A DNA stretch of 64,000 nt from a bacterium. GTDB taxonomy: Bacteria > UBA8248. Shown here one piece after another: positions 19,838 through 29,211 of the stretch. The stretch covers positions 160,001 through 224,000 of the forward strand of contig CBDCRP010000002.1 in assembly GCA_965221165.1 (NCBI GenBank). The letters run 5' to 3'. The position numbers and the translations under genes are program-made. Below the pieces are notes generated by a model. The model was not told the DNA's origin. It did not search any database and saw only the letters and a list, made by a program, of their open reading frames with translations. Position 1 is the first letter of the stretch, and every line of letters begins with the position of its first letter.

Positions 19838-20524
19838 TCAGACGGCCGTCGTATCCTCGATGGCCTGCTGGCCCTTCAGTCGGCCCAGCCGGTTCCCGTA
19901 CTGCGACAGCGTGAAACAGCAGACGAAATAGACGGCCGCGATGAAGGTGAACACGGCGAAGGACGCGTTTTCACGCCCGTTGACGATGGTCCCCGAGCGG
20001 AAAAATTCGATGACGCCGATTACGAAGGCGAGCGACGTATTTTTGAAGAGCGCCACCGTTCTGTTCATGATGGCGGGAGCCATGTTGCGCAGCGCCTGGG
20101 GCAGCACGATGTAGCGCATCGCCTGGATATAGCCCAGCCCGGTGGAGTACGCCGCCGCCATCTGCCCCCTGGGGACGGAGTCGAGCCCCGCGCGGATGAT
20201 TTCCGCCGCATACGAGCCATTGTGGAGCATGAGCGCCCAGACGGCCGCCCAGAACGGGCTCAGCGAAAACCCCACCAGCGGCCTGCTCAAAAAATACACC
20301 CAGACGACGAACATCAGGCCGGGCGTTCCGCGTATGACTTCCACCACGGCAGCGGCCGGCAGCCTGAGCCACCAGAGTTTCGAGTGCCGCATGGCGCCGA
20401 AGACGACGGCGAACGTCCAGCAGCCCACCCAGCTGATGGCGAAAATCTCGATGGTCAGCTGAAACGCCTGGGCGAAAAATCCGAAGTTCTCCGGAATGAC
20501 GTGCCACTTCCAAAAAGATTCCAA
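19838..20524 (-). CDS. Polar amino acid ABC transporter permease
   Basis: RGTP, AEIIRAG and IVLPQA motifs. Confidence 0.92.
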   Translation of the reverse strand: MESFWKWHVIPENFGFFAQAFQLTIEIFAISWVGCWTFAVVFGAMRHSKLWWLRLPAAAVVEVIRGTPGLMFVVWVYFLSRPLVGFSLSPFWAAVWALMLHNGSYAAEIIRAGLDSVPRGQMAAAYSTGLGYIQAMRYIVLPQALRNMAPAIMNRTVALFKNTSLAFVIGVIEFFRSGTIVNGRENASFAVFTFIAAVYFVCCFTLSQYGNRLGRLKGQQAIEDTTAV

Positions 20525-20552
20525 CGAAAATTCCCCTTCCGCGATCCGGTCG

Positions 20553-21449
20553 CTATGTGCCCGAGCGAACTTTCAGGCCGAAGTAAGACTGGACCCCGTA
20601 AATTACGCTCACCGTCATCAGGGTGAGCAGCAGGAACAACAAAGTCCCCGTACTGTACGCCTCGAAACCGGCGAAGGTTTCCTCTTCTATCTTTTGCGAG
20701 AAATACATGAGATCGGTGATGGCTATGGTCATCGCCACGGCCGAGTTTTTGATGATGTTCAAAACCTGGCTCGACATCGGCGGTATGACGATGACGAGCG
20801 CCTGGGGGAGGATGATGTAGCGCCAGGTTCGGGCGCGGGACAATCCCGTGGAGGCGGCGGCCTCCCACTGGCCTTTCGGAATCGAGCGGATGCCCGAGCG
20901 GACCACCTCGCCCATGTAGGCCCCCGTGTAGAGGGAGAGGGCAATAACGCAGGCGAAGGTGCTGGGCACGAGAATCAGAATCCCCAGGGGCTCGTTGATG
21001 ACCGCATTCAACACTTCCTGCAAGCCGAAATACGCCCACCACATCTGCACCAGCAGGGGGATGTTCCTGAACACCTCGACGTATGCGGTCGAGAACGCGC
21101 GTATCCACCGAATTTCCGTCGTCCTGCCGATCCCGCAAAAAACGCCGAGCACCAGGCTGATCACGAGCGACCACGCAAAGATATACATCGTCATGCCCAC
21201 GCCTCGGAGCAGGAACATCCGGTAATCCCAGATCACGCCCCAGCGCCATTGGTAGCTGAATTCCGTCTCGAAATCGATGGGCCACAAATCGAAGATGAAG
21301 TACCAGACGGCGAATAGCGCGACGCTCCCCCAGGTGAGGAAAAACGCATTTCTCTCCCGAGGACTCTCAAAGAGCTTCCACTTCCATTTCTTCGCGCTTC
21401 GAATCACGCTTGCGCCTGACGCATCGCCAACCATCCACACTCCCGCCAA
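20553..21449 (-). CDS. Polar amino acid ABC transporter permease
   Basis: YVEVFRNIPLLV, GQWEAA and IILPQA motifs; start uncertain. Confidence 0.92.
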   Translation of the reverse strand: MAGVWMVGDASGASVIRSAKKWKWKLFESPRERNAFFLTWGSVALFAVWYFIFDLWPIDFETEFSYQWRWGVIWDYRMFLLRGVGMTMYIFAWSLVISLVLGVFCGIGRTTEIRWIRAFSTAYVEVFRNIPLLVQMWWAYFGLQEVLNAVINEPLGILILVPSTFACVIALSLYTGAYMGEVVRSGIRSIPKGQWEAAASTGLSRARTWRYIILPQALVIVIPPMSSQVLNIIKNSAVAMTIAITDLMYFSQKIEEETFAGFEAYSTGTLLFLLLTLMTVSVIYGVQSYFGLKVRSGT

Positions 21450-21528
21450 GCGAAAGCGGCCACCCGGAGCCGGGCGGCCGCATCCGCCTTAAATGAACAT
21501 TAAAGGCTCTCGCTCGGATAATTCCCCT

Positions 21529-22326
21529 TTATTTCGGGAACCACGGCAAGGTGAAATCCGGATTCTTGCCGAACCATTTTCTCCAGATGGCGTGGTATCT
21601 CTTCGTCTCCCAAAGCTCCAGGATGACGTTGTTGATGTAATCGCGCCAATCCGAGTCGTTTTCCCGAAGGCCCATGCCGTATGGCTCGATGGTGTAGAGT
21701 TTGCCCGGAACGACGAGACCCGGGTTATTCGCCGCCAACCACTGGAGGAGAATATCGTCCGTCACCATGGCGTCCACCTTCTTTTGCTTGAGCGCAAGGA
21801 GGTTCTCCGTGTGCTCCTGGAAGGGAACGATGATGGCCTTGGGCTGAACCTTGAGGAGGTTGGGGCCGGAGTTTCCGCCCTGAACGGAGGCGACGCGCTT
21901 CCCGGCCAACTGAGAGATGTGCTTGATGCCGGTGTCCTTGCGGGTGATGAAGCGCTGCCCCGTGATGAGGTAGTGCATGGAGAAGTCGATGACCTTATCC
22001 CGCGCGCGCTTGTGCGTCATCGTGGCCGCGATCAAATCCACGTTGCCGTTCACGATCAAGGGAATACGCGTCTTTGAAAGCGCCTGGACGAACTTCACCT
22101 TCACGCCCAGTTTCTTGGCGATCTCCCTGACGAGGTCCACGTCGAAACCATCCGGTTTCCCCGTTTTCTTGTTGATGAAGCCCATCGGAGGAAAGTCGAA
22201 TTTCACCCCGGCAACGAGGGTTCCCCGCTTCTTCACTTTCTCCAGTAGCGATTCGGCCGATTCCCCGCTCACGCCCAGAGACAGCGCGAATACGAACAAG
22301 ACCAATCCGAGAAACAATCGTCTCAT
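21529..22326 (-). CDS. Polar amino acid ABC transporter substrate-binding protein
   Basis: Signal peptide; FPPMGF, GFDVDL and EPYGMG motifs. Confidence 0.92.
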   Translation of the reverse strand: MRRLFLGLVLFVFALSLGVSGESAESLLEKVKKRGTLVAGVKFDFPPMGFINKKTGKPDGFDVDLVREIAKKLGVKVKFVQALSKTRIPLIVNGNVDLIAATMTHKRARDKVIDFSMHYLITGQRFITRKDTGIKHISQLAGKRVASVQGGNSGPNLLKVQPKAIIVPFQEHTENLLALKQKKVDAMVTDDILLQWLAANNPGLVVPGKLYTIEPYGMGLRENDSDWRDYINNVILELWETKRYHAIWRKWFGKNPDFTLPWFPK

Positions 22327-22597
22327 TTATTCTCCCTCCCTTATCTGCCGAAAAAAATGATTCCAGGCGGCCCTCACAGCCGTCCGGCCAACCGAAACCC
22401 TCAGGCAAGCAACTCATCCATATATTTTTGCTGACCCCATAGGCACACTATGAAAGAGGCTCCAAGCCGTGTCAAACGATCAAAAATCACTCTTTTTCGC
22501 GGAGGCGCTTCGGCCTTCCCGCCTTGACGCTCGGGCGCGCTTGGGCGTAGCGTTATCCCCAACAGATTTTCAAAATCCCACCCTTCTGGAGATTTTC

Positions 22598-23968
22598 ATG
22601 CAGCAGCCCACGGACACTCCCAAACTCGCGGACGCTTATGCCGAATCCCTGCCCGCTTCGCGCGCCCTCTACGATCGGGCGAAGGAAATTTTCCCCGACG
22701 GGGTGACGCACGACACCCGCAGGATGCAGCCCTTCCCCATCTACGTCGAGCGCGCCGAGGGCGCGTACAAGTGGGACGTGGACGGCAACCGCTACATCGA
22801 CTACTGGATGGGCCACGGAGCTCTCTTGTTCGGGCACAACCCGCCCCACATCCGCGACGCCGTGAGTAAGGCCGTACTCCAGGGCTCGCACTACGGGGCT
22901 GGCCACAGGCGGGAGGTGGAATGGGGCGAATGGGTGAGCCGTCTGGTGCCCTGCGCCGAGCGGGTGCGCTTCACCGCCTCGGGCACCGAGGCCACGCACA
23001 TGGCGCTCAGACTCGCGCGCGCTTACACGGGCAGAAAACGCGTGGTCAAGTTCGCGGGCCACTTCCACGGCTGGCACGAGGGGCTCGAGATCGGCGTGCG
23101 CGCGCCCTACACGAACGAACCCGAGGCGGGACAACTCGAAGAAGTCACCGATCTGGTCACCGTATGTCCGCCGGATAATCTGGAAGCCGTCCGGGGCGCG
23201 CTCGCCTCGGGAGAGGTCGCCGCACTCATCCTCGAGCCGACGGGCGGGCACTTCGGCACCATCCCGATGAAGGGGGATTTCGTGGCCGCGCTCAGGGAAG
23301 AGACCCACAAGGTGGGAACCCTCCTTATTTTCGATGAAGTGGTGAGCGGCTTTCGCGTATCGCCGGGCGGGGCGCAGGCGCATCTCGGCGTGACGCCGGA
23401 CTTAACGAGCCTCGCCAAGATACTCGCGGGGGGCCTGCCGGGCGGGGCCGTCGTCGGTCGGGCGGACGTGCTCGAATACCTCGCCACCAAGCCGGACCCC
23501 GAGGTGAACCGCCGCACGAAAATCGCCCACCACGGCACCTTCAACGCGAACCCCATCTCCTCTGCCGCAGGCGTCGCCATGCTCTCCTCGCTGGCCGACG
23601 GCCGGACGACGGAAGAGGTGAACGCGCAGGCGCAAAAGCTGAGATACGGGATGAACGAGATTCTCGCGCAAGAGGCGGTGGCCTGGAAGCTCTATGGCGA
23701 ATACAGCGACTGGAAAATTTTCTTTGACGCCGACGCCCCGCCGCTTGATGGGGCGGATCAGGACGTAAGCGGAATCGAATGGCGGCGGCTCGATTCCAAA
23801 AACGCGCAGAAAAGCCGCGCCTTACGCCAAGCCCTGATCCTCCACGGGGTGGATTTCAACGGCGCCCGCGCCCTCGTGGGCGCGTGCCACACGGACGACG
23901 TGATTGACAAGACGCTCGCCGCCTTCCGGGCTGGGGTGCAGACCATGAAGGAAGAAGGCATCGCCTAG
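22598..23968 (+). CDS. Class III aminotransferase (GSA aminomutase-like)
   Basis: WDVDGNRYID, SGTEA, FDEVVSGFR, LAKILAGG and GTFNANP motifs; ATG 22598 after GGAGA. Confidence 0.9.
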   Translation: MQQPTDTPKLADAYAESLPASRALYDRAKEIFPDGVTHDTRRMQPFPIYVERAEGAYKWDVDGNRYIDYWMGHGALLFGHNPPHIRDAVSKAVLQGSHYGAGHRREVEWGEWVSRLVPCAERVRFTASGTEATHMALRLARAYTGRKRVVKFAGHFHGWHEGLEIGVRAPYTNEPEAGQLEEVTDLVTVCPPDNLEAVRGALASGEVAALILEPTGGHFGTIPMKGDFVAALREETHKVGTLLIFDEVVSGFRVSPGGAQAHLGVTPDLTSLAKILAGGLPGGAVVGRADVLEYLATKPDPEVNRRTKIAHHGTFNANPISSAAGVAMLSSLADGRTTEEVNAQAQKLRYGMNEILAQEAVAWKLYGEYSDWKIFFDADAPPLDGADQDVSGIEWRRLDSKNAQKSRALRQALILHGVDFNGARALVGACHTDDVIDKTLAAFRAGVQTMKEEGIA

Positions 23969-24021
23969 AATTTCGGGCATTGCTGCCCGCCACCGGGAAT
24001 GATTATTGAGGAGAACCAACC

Positions 24022-25272
24022 TTGCACAGCGCGCTGAAAGGCCATTTGAGCCTCGATTCCGGACGTATCGTGGACGACATGGAACACCCCTTCACCTGCC
24101 CCGATACGGGCGGGAATTTACAGGGCAGCTACGACCTCGAGTGGATAAGGGCGCATGTGGACAGGGACGAGGTCGCCCGCAGACCCCGGGGCATCTGGCG
24201 CTGGCGCGAACTCCTGCCCGTGCGGGATGAGCGAAACGTGGTCTCGCTCGTCGAGGGCGACACCCCCCTCATCCACGCCGAGAGGCTCGGGGAATCGCTC
24301 GGGTACGGCAACCTCTACATCCTGGATGAATCGAGAAACCCCACGGGCTCGTTCAAGGACAGGGGCGGTTCGGTCACCATAAGCAAGTGCAAGGAAGTGG
24401 GGGTCGACCGCATCGTGCTGCCTTCTTCGGGCAACGCGGCGGCTTGTTTCAGCGCGTATTGCGCGCGGGGCGGAATCGAATTCATCGGCTTCGTGCGCGA
24501 CGACAGTTCGGCCGTTCATTGCTTGCAAGTAGGGGCCTACGGGGCGTTTGCGCTCATCATCGAGGGCGATCAGGGCGTGGGCGGGCGCTTCGCCGAAGAA
24601 GTGTCGAAAGAACTGGGCTGCCTGCACGCCACCCTGCCCCGCAACCTCTACAGAATCGAGGGAAAAAAGACGGCTGCCTATGAGATATCCGAAAAACTCG
24701 GCTGGCGCGCGCCCGATCGCGTCGTCTGCCCCACGGCGGGCGGCACGATGGCGCTCGCGATGGACCAGGGATTCCGCGAACTGCTGGCCCTGGGCTGGAT
24801 AGACAAGATGCCGGCGATCGACATCGTGCAACCCGATGGCTGCGCGCCCATCGTCAAAGCCCTCCACACGGGCGGAAAGGTCGAGCCCTGGGGCGAGGTG
24901 AGCACGAAATCGGCCGGCCTCACGAGCCCCTTCCCCGGTGCGGGCGAGCGTGTGGCCGCGGTGGTGCGGCGTTCGGAGGGCCACGGCGTGCTCGTGAGCG
25001 ATGCGATGAACCTGGAAGCCGAATTCCAGATCGCCGGACGCGAGGGGCTGTTCTTACAACCGGCTTCTGCGGCGTCCGTGGCAAGCCTGATGGAGGGCGC
25101 CGAGCGGCCCGGGAAGCCGGAAGCCGACGAGATAATCGTCTGCATCGGCACGGGCACGGGCAAGAACGCGGCGGAGGTGGCGGGCGAGGCCCTCGGCAGG
25201 CCGGGACGCATTCCGCCCGATATCGAGGCCTTCAAAAAAGCGCGCGCATCCTGGCGAGGAAACGGCTCCTGA
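24022..25272 (+). CDS. Threonine synthase-like PLP fold-II enzyme
   Basis: EGDTPL, NPTGSFKDRG, SSGNA, EGKKT and TGTG motifs. Confidence 0.85.
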   Translation: MHSALKGHLSLDSGRIVDDMEHPFTCPDTGGNLQGSYDLEWIRAHVDRDEVARRPRGIWRWRELLPVRDERNVVSLVEGDTPLIHAERLGESLGYGNLYILDESRNPTGSFKDRGGSVTISKCKEVGVDRIVLPSSGNAAACFSAYCARGGIEFIGFVRDDSSAVHCLQVGAYGAFALIIEGDQGVGGRFAEEVSKELGCLHATLPRNLYRIEGKKTAAYEISEKLGWRAPDRVVCPTAGGTMALAMDQGFRELLALGWIDKMPAIDIVQPDGCAPIVKALHTGGKVEPWGEVSTKSAGLTSPFPGAGERVAAVVRRSEGHGVLVSDAMNLEAEFQIAGREGLFLQPASAASVASLMEGAERPGKPEADEIIVCIGTGTGKNAAEVAGEALGRPGRIPPDIEAFKKARASWRGNGS

Positions 25273-25433
25273 GTCACTGGATAAACGCATGTAATTCTCT
25301 GGAGCTAGCGCTTATAACACCCCCAAAAAGCGAAGAAAAACTCCCCTCCTCTTTTATTTTCATGATCTTCTACTTCAACACTATCCGATAAGTAACTATA
25401 GTTAAATATATTATAGGTTTGTTAAAAAATGTA

Positions 25434-25462
25434 TTTACTTTCGTTTTATTTTCGTATATGAT
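25434..25462 (+). promoter_or_regulatory. Sigma70-like promoter with a direct repeat in the spacer
   Basis: TTTACT-N17-TATGAT in an AT-rich region; TTCG-N7-TTCG at 25440-25454. Confidence 0.6.
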
Positions 25463-25499
25463 TTTCTCCTTCACGTCAATCCACACAGGGAGAACAATC

Positions 25500-26747
25500 A
25501 TGGTGACGGAAAAAACCCTCCACAAACTTGCCATTCTCGGCGGACAATCCTTTGACGACAGGGAGGGCCCGCCCGGCATGAGAAAACGTCCAAAAGACCG
25601 GCGCAAATTCCTGGCCTCGGACACGCCGGCGATATTTCCGGTGCCCTTCTCGGGCGGGCGCATCATGCCGCTTCTCTCCACCATGATGACCAACGCCTGC
25701 AGCTATGATTGCCGCTACTGCCCCATGCGGGCTTCGCGCAACATGCCGCGCTACTCCTTCAGCCCAGAGGAGTTGGCCGACACCTTCATGGCGCTCAGGA
25801 AGAGAAACCGCGCCGAGGGGCTTTTTCTCACCAGCGGGATTCCGGGCAGCGGCGTCACCGGGGTGGACAGGATGATAGCCACGGCGGAAATCCTGCGCTT
25901 CAAGCATCGTTTTAACGGCTACATCCACCTCAAGATGCTGCCGGGCGTGGAGGACTCCCAGCTCGGCCGCGCCGCCCAGATAGCCACGAGGCTCTCCGTG
26001 AACTTAGAAGCCGCCACGCAGAGGGGTCTTCAGACCATGGCGCCCGAGAAAAATCTGGAATCCGACCTGAAACCCGCCCTTCGGTATGTGGGGAAAATGG
26101 CGCGCGAGTCGTTTTTCGAAAGAACGGGCCTCATCACCGGCGGCGTGACGACGCAGTTCATCGTGGGCGCCAGCGGGGAGAGCGATATGGACGTGCTATC
26201 GGCCTCCCACTCGCTCCAGAAGAAGGGTCTTTTGCGCCACACCCATTTCAGCGCCTTCAAGCCGGTGGAGGACACGCCGATGGACGGCGTTCCCTCGGTC
26301 TCCAAAACACGCGAGCACAGGCTGTATCAGGCGGAACACCTCTTGCGCGAGTATGAGTTCGGGCTCGATGAGATTCCCGCCTCGGAGGGCAATCTGGCCC
26401 TCGATGAAGACCCGAAAACGACGTGGGCCAGGCGAAACCTCTCCAAATTTCCGGTGGAGATCATGACCGCAGACCCCCGGACGCTGATGCGCGTGCCGGG
26501 CATCGGCCCCACGTGGGCGAAGCGCCTGGTCCAAGTCAGGAGAAAGGCGCACATTCGCGATTTCAGGGACTTGGCACGCCTGGGACGAATCCGCAAATCG
26601 GCGGCGGGCTGGCTCATGCTGCGCGGCAAACGTCTGGGGCCGGAGCCCGTGCTCGCCACGCAGTTGAGCCTCGAACTGCAATACAAGCGCAAAAAAAGGC
26701 GCGTTCATCCCTCGAGAAACATGCTGCCGCCGTGTTCTTTTCGCTGA
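25500..26747 (+). CDS. Putative DNA modification/repair radical SAM protein with helix-hairpin-helix (TIGR03916-like)
   Basis: CSYDCRYC, GLFLTSG, GYIHLK, LSVNLE, REHRLYQA and HhH RVPGIG motifs; ATG after GGGAGA. Confidence 0.85.
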   Translation: MVTEKTLHKLAILGGQSFDDREGPPGMRKRPKDRRKFLASDTPAIFPVPFSGGRIMPLLSTMMTNACSYDCRYCPMRASRNMPRYSFSPEELADTFMALRKRNRAEGLFLTSGIPGSGVTGVDRMIATAEILRFKHRFNGYIHLKMLPGVEDSQLGRAAQIATRLSVNLEAATQRGLQTMAPEKNLESDLKPALRYVGKMARESFFERTGLITGGVTTQFIVGASGESDMDVLSASHSLQKKGLLRHTHFSAFKPVEDTPMDGVPSVSKTREHRLYQAEHLLREYEFGLDEIPASEGNLALDEDPKTTWARRNLSKFPVEIMTADPRTLMRVPGIGPTWAKRLVQVRRKAHIRDFRDLARLGRIRKSAAGWLMLRGKRLGPEPVLATQLSLELQYKRKKRRVHPSRNMLPPCSFR

Positions 26748-26780
26748 TGAGGGAATGATGGATGGATTGCGCGCGCCCGC

Positions 26781-26809
26781 TTGACGCGAAAAACCGATGG
26801 GACTACCCT
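26781..26809 (+). promoter_or_regulatory. Putative tRNA promoter
   Basis: TTGACG-N17-TACCCT. Confidence 0.45.
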
Positions 26810-26872
26810 TCCGTCTCTCGCATCACGCCGTTTCATACCGAACGCGCGCGATGCGGGCGGACACCGCTTCAT

Positions 26873-26947
26873 GGCCCCTTCGTCTAGCGGTCAGGACACC
26901 GGCCTCTCACGCCGGTAACAGGGGTTCGAGTCCCCTAGGGGTCACCA
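26873..26947 (+). tRNA. tRNA-Glu (anticodon CTC)
   Basis: Cloverleaf: GGCCCCT/AGGGGTC acceptor stem, CCGGC-CTCTCAC-GCCGG anticodon arm, GGTTCGAGTCC T-arm, encoded CCA. Confidence 0.95.
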
Positions 26948-27060
26948 AAACATACGAAACTCTTCGGTGAAATTTCATACGTCATTGCATCAGCGCCAGC
27001 CCGGCGTATGACATGGGGCTTAATAAACCAAGGGCCTGCGGTCGCTCGGCGAAACGATCC

Positions 27061-27705
27061 TCACCCCCAGGTGTTCATGTGCACGATTTCATCGAGCGGG
27101 CGCCTCGTGGCGGGTCTGAAATTCGTCCCCAGCGTGTAGGCCACCGGAATGAGCGCCACCTGCATGAAATCATCCGGCACGCCGAGGAGTTCCGCCGCCT
27201 CCGCCTCGCAGCGCAGGTGCAGCGTGGTGAAAACAGAACCCAGTCCACGCGATCTGAGTGCTAATTGAAAACTCCACACCGCCGGAATAATGGAGCCCAA
27301 AAGGCCCGCCCACATGAACCTCGGCGGACTCTCGGGCAGAAAATTCTCGATGCAGGGAATCACGTGCACGGGTGCGCGCTCTAAATTCTCGGCCAGGTAC
27401 ATGGCGGAATCGAAGACCCGCTCGTTTTGCGCGGACCCGCTTTCTCGCGCCTGCGCCATGCCTTGCTCCAGGTAGTCTCCGGTTCCTTTGCGATAAAGCC
27501 GCCCGAGTTCACGGCGTATGCCCTCATCCGTCACCACCAGCCAGCGCCAGCCCTGGCGGTTCGAACCCGTGGGGGCCTGAAGGCCGAGTTCGAGACATTC
27601 CCTCACGACTTCGAGCGGCACTTCGCGCTCGAAATCGAGGCGCTTGCGCACGGAGCGCGTCGTGGAGAGGAGTTTATCGGTCATTTCCAGGTCAAAATCC
27701 GCCAT
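27061..27705 (-). CDS. Nitroreductase family protein
   Basis: TTRSVRK, APTGSNRQGW and LALRSRGLGS motifs. Confidence 0.92.
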   Translation of the reverse strand: MADFDLEMTDKLLSTTRSVRKRLDFEREVPLEVVRECLELGLQAPTGSNRQGWRWLVVTDEGIRRELGRLYRKGTGDYLEQGMAQARESGSAQNERVFDSAMYLAENLERAPVHVIPCIENFLPESPPRFMWAGLLGSIIPAVWSFQLALRSRGLGSVFTTLHLRCEAEAAELLGVPDDFMQVALIPVAYTLGTNFRPATRRPLDEIVHMNTWG

Positions 27706-27869
27706 GCGGTGCTCCTTTCAGATGCGTGTTCCGGTGGTTTTTCGGTCGAGATGGCGCATGTTACCAAAACGGCGAGCCCAGCGTAACGCGCAGCACTCTC
27801 AGGTTCCCAACCGAGTGGAGGTTCCTCTATAATCCCCCAAAAATTCCTACAACGAAAATGAGGGAAACC

Positions 27870-28553
27870 ATGTCAGACCAGGCAATCCAAGGGAGCAAAA
27901 TTCCACTCTTAGACCCCGCGGACGCCACGGGCGATACGGCGCGGTACTTTGAAGCCACGCGCGAGTTTCTGGGCCGCATCCCCAATTCCGCACTCGCGAT
28001 GGCGAACACGCCCTACATCGCGCGGCTCTATCTCCCCTTCAACGCCACGCTCCAGCGCGAGGGCATGGGCGGGCTTCTGACGTGCAGGATAAAAGAGATC
28101 GTGGTTCTCAAGACGAGCTTCGTGAACGCCTGCGCCTACTGAATCGCGCACAACACGGCGCTTGGTCAAGCGACGGGAATCACGGAGGCGCAAATCGAGG
28201 CCATCGCCTCGGACGATTACATGACATCTCCGGCTTTGAATCCGCGCGAGCGCGCCGCCTGCCTGTGGGCGGAGCATTTCACGAGAAACACCGCGCGCGA
28301 GAACCCGGGCGTGCTCGAAGAGGTCAAGCGGCGCTTCACCGACGGGGAGATTGTCGAGATGTCCCTCATGAGCGGCAAGCAGGGGATGATGAACCGCTTC
28401 ATGGATTCGTTCGCCATTCCGATAGAGAATGAGGGCGAGGTGAACAAGATCAGGAAATCCGTGCGCGGCAACCCCGACAAGATGAAGGCCTACCTGCAAT
28501 CGCTCATCGACAACTGGCCCGAGGATTTCCCCGAACCCAACCCGGATGAGTAG
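27870..28553 (+). CDS. CMD/AhpD-like selenoprotein (CxxU; TGA at 28140-28142 read as Sec)
   Basis: Continuous frame through TGA giving EIVVLKTS.VNACAY-U-IAH; candidate SECIS hairpin 28156-28175; C-terminal FTDGEIVE...NRF is typical of the CMD family. Confidence 0.85.
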
Positions 28554-28625
28554 GAACACCCGAGGCGGTCGGCGGGTTAGCCAATTTCACCGACTCCTCC
28601 ATCCTGCCCTGGCGTCGAAATGGGT

Positions 28626-28860
28626 GTAGGGGACGCATATATGCGTCCCTGCTTTTTCGCCGCCACGATATGGGTCGCATGTATGCGACCCCTACAAACC
28701 CCCCGTGGTTGTCTTTCGCCAGGGCGGGCGCAATAAAACGGGCGGACACGGGGGTCCGCCCCTACAATCCCCGAATCGAAGGATTCCGGCATTTCCCCCC
28801 TCCTCAGCCGGAATTGAGGTCGGAATGACGGGTTTCGGCATCCCTCCCCGCGTGGGGATG
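28626..28860. repeat. Cluster of REP-like palindromes (GTAG and CGTC types)
   Basis: GTAGGGGACGCATATATGCGTCCC (28626-28649), inverted copy 28672-28695, GGGCGGAC..GTCCGCCCCTAC (28740-28765), CGTCATTCCG...CCGGAATCC on the minus strand (28781-28830). Confidence 0.8.
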
Positions 28861-28874
28861 TTACGATCTCACCA

Positions 28875-29091
28875 TTACAAATACTCCCCCACCTCCACCG
28901 TCCTGCCCAGGCGCGAGTTCGCGTCCGCCGCGTATACGACGGCGAGGTTCTCGCGCGCGGCGCGGCCGTCGACTTCGGGCGTGCGGCTGAAACACGAGAC
29001 GAGCCTCACCTTGCCTCCGCGCAGCGGCGGCGAGCACGCCTGCCCGGCGTCCCAGGCCCATCGAGGCGGCGCGCACGGGTTCTAACGACAT
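28875..29091 (-). pseudogene. Collapsed Gfo/Idh/MocA oxidoreductase remnant
   Basis: N-terminal VRAASMGLGR.AGVLA, a frameshift, KVRLVSCFSRTPE fused directly to C-terminal PEVDGRAARENLAVVYAA..NSRLGRTVEV*. Confidence 0.65.
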
Positions 29092-29211
29092 GTCTTCCCT
29101 GCTTGAAAAATGAAAAATCCCGATGATTGCTGAAATCCGGTAACCACGAGGGCGGCAGGAAACCCGGGGAGCACGCCGTAATTCCCCGGAATTCTTCCCC
29201 TTGGCGTATGG

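Noticed and set aside
26873-27060. tRNA-Glu as an island integration site
   Set aside because: No integrase nearby and no duplicate of the tRNA 3' end was noticed in the window.
27372-28142. 256-aa ORF and separate 110-aa ORF (28221-28553) as two genes
   Set aside because: The upstream extension overlaps the nitroreductase antisense; both pieces are better explained as one TGA-readthrough gene starting at 27870.
28554-28860. Palindromic repeats as a CRISPR array
   Set aside because: Units are inverted, heterogeneous and irregularly spaced, with no cas genes; they fit REP elements better.
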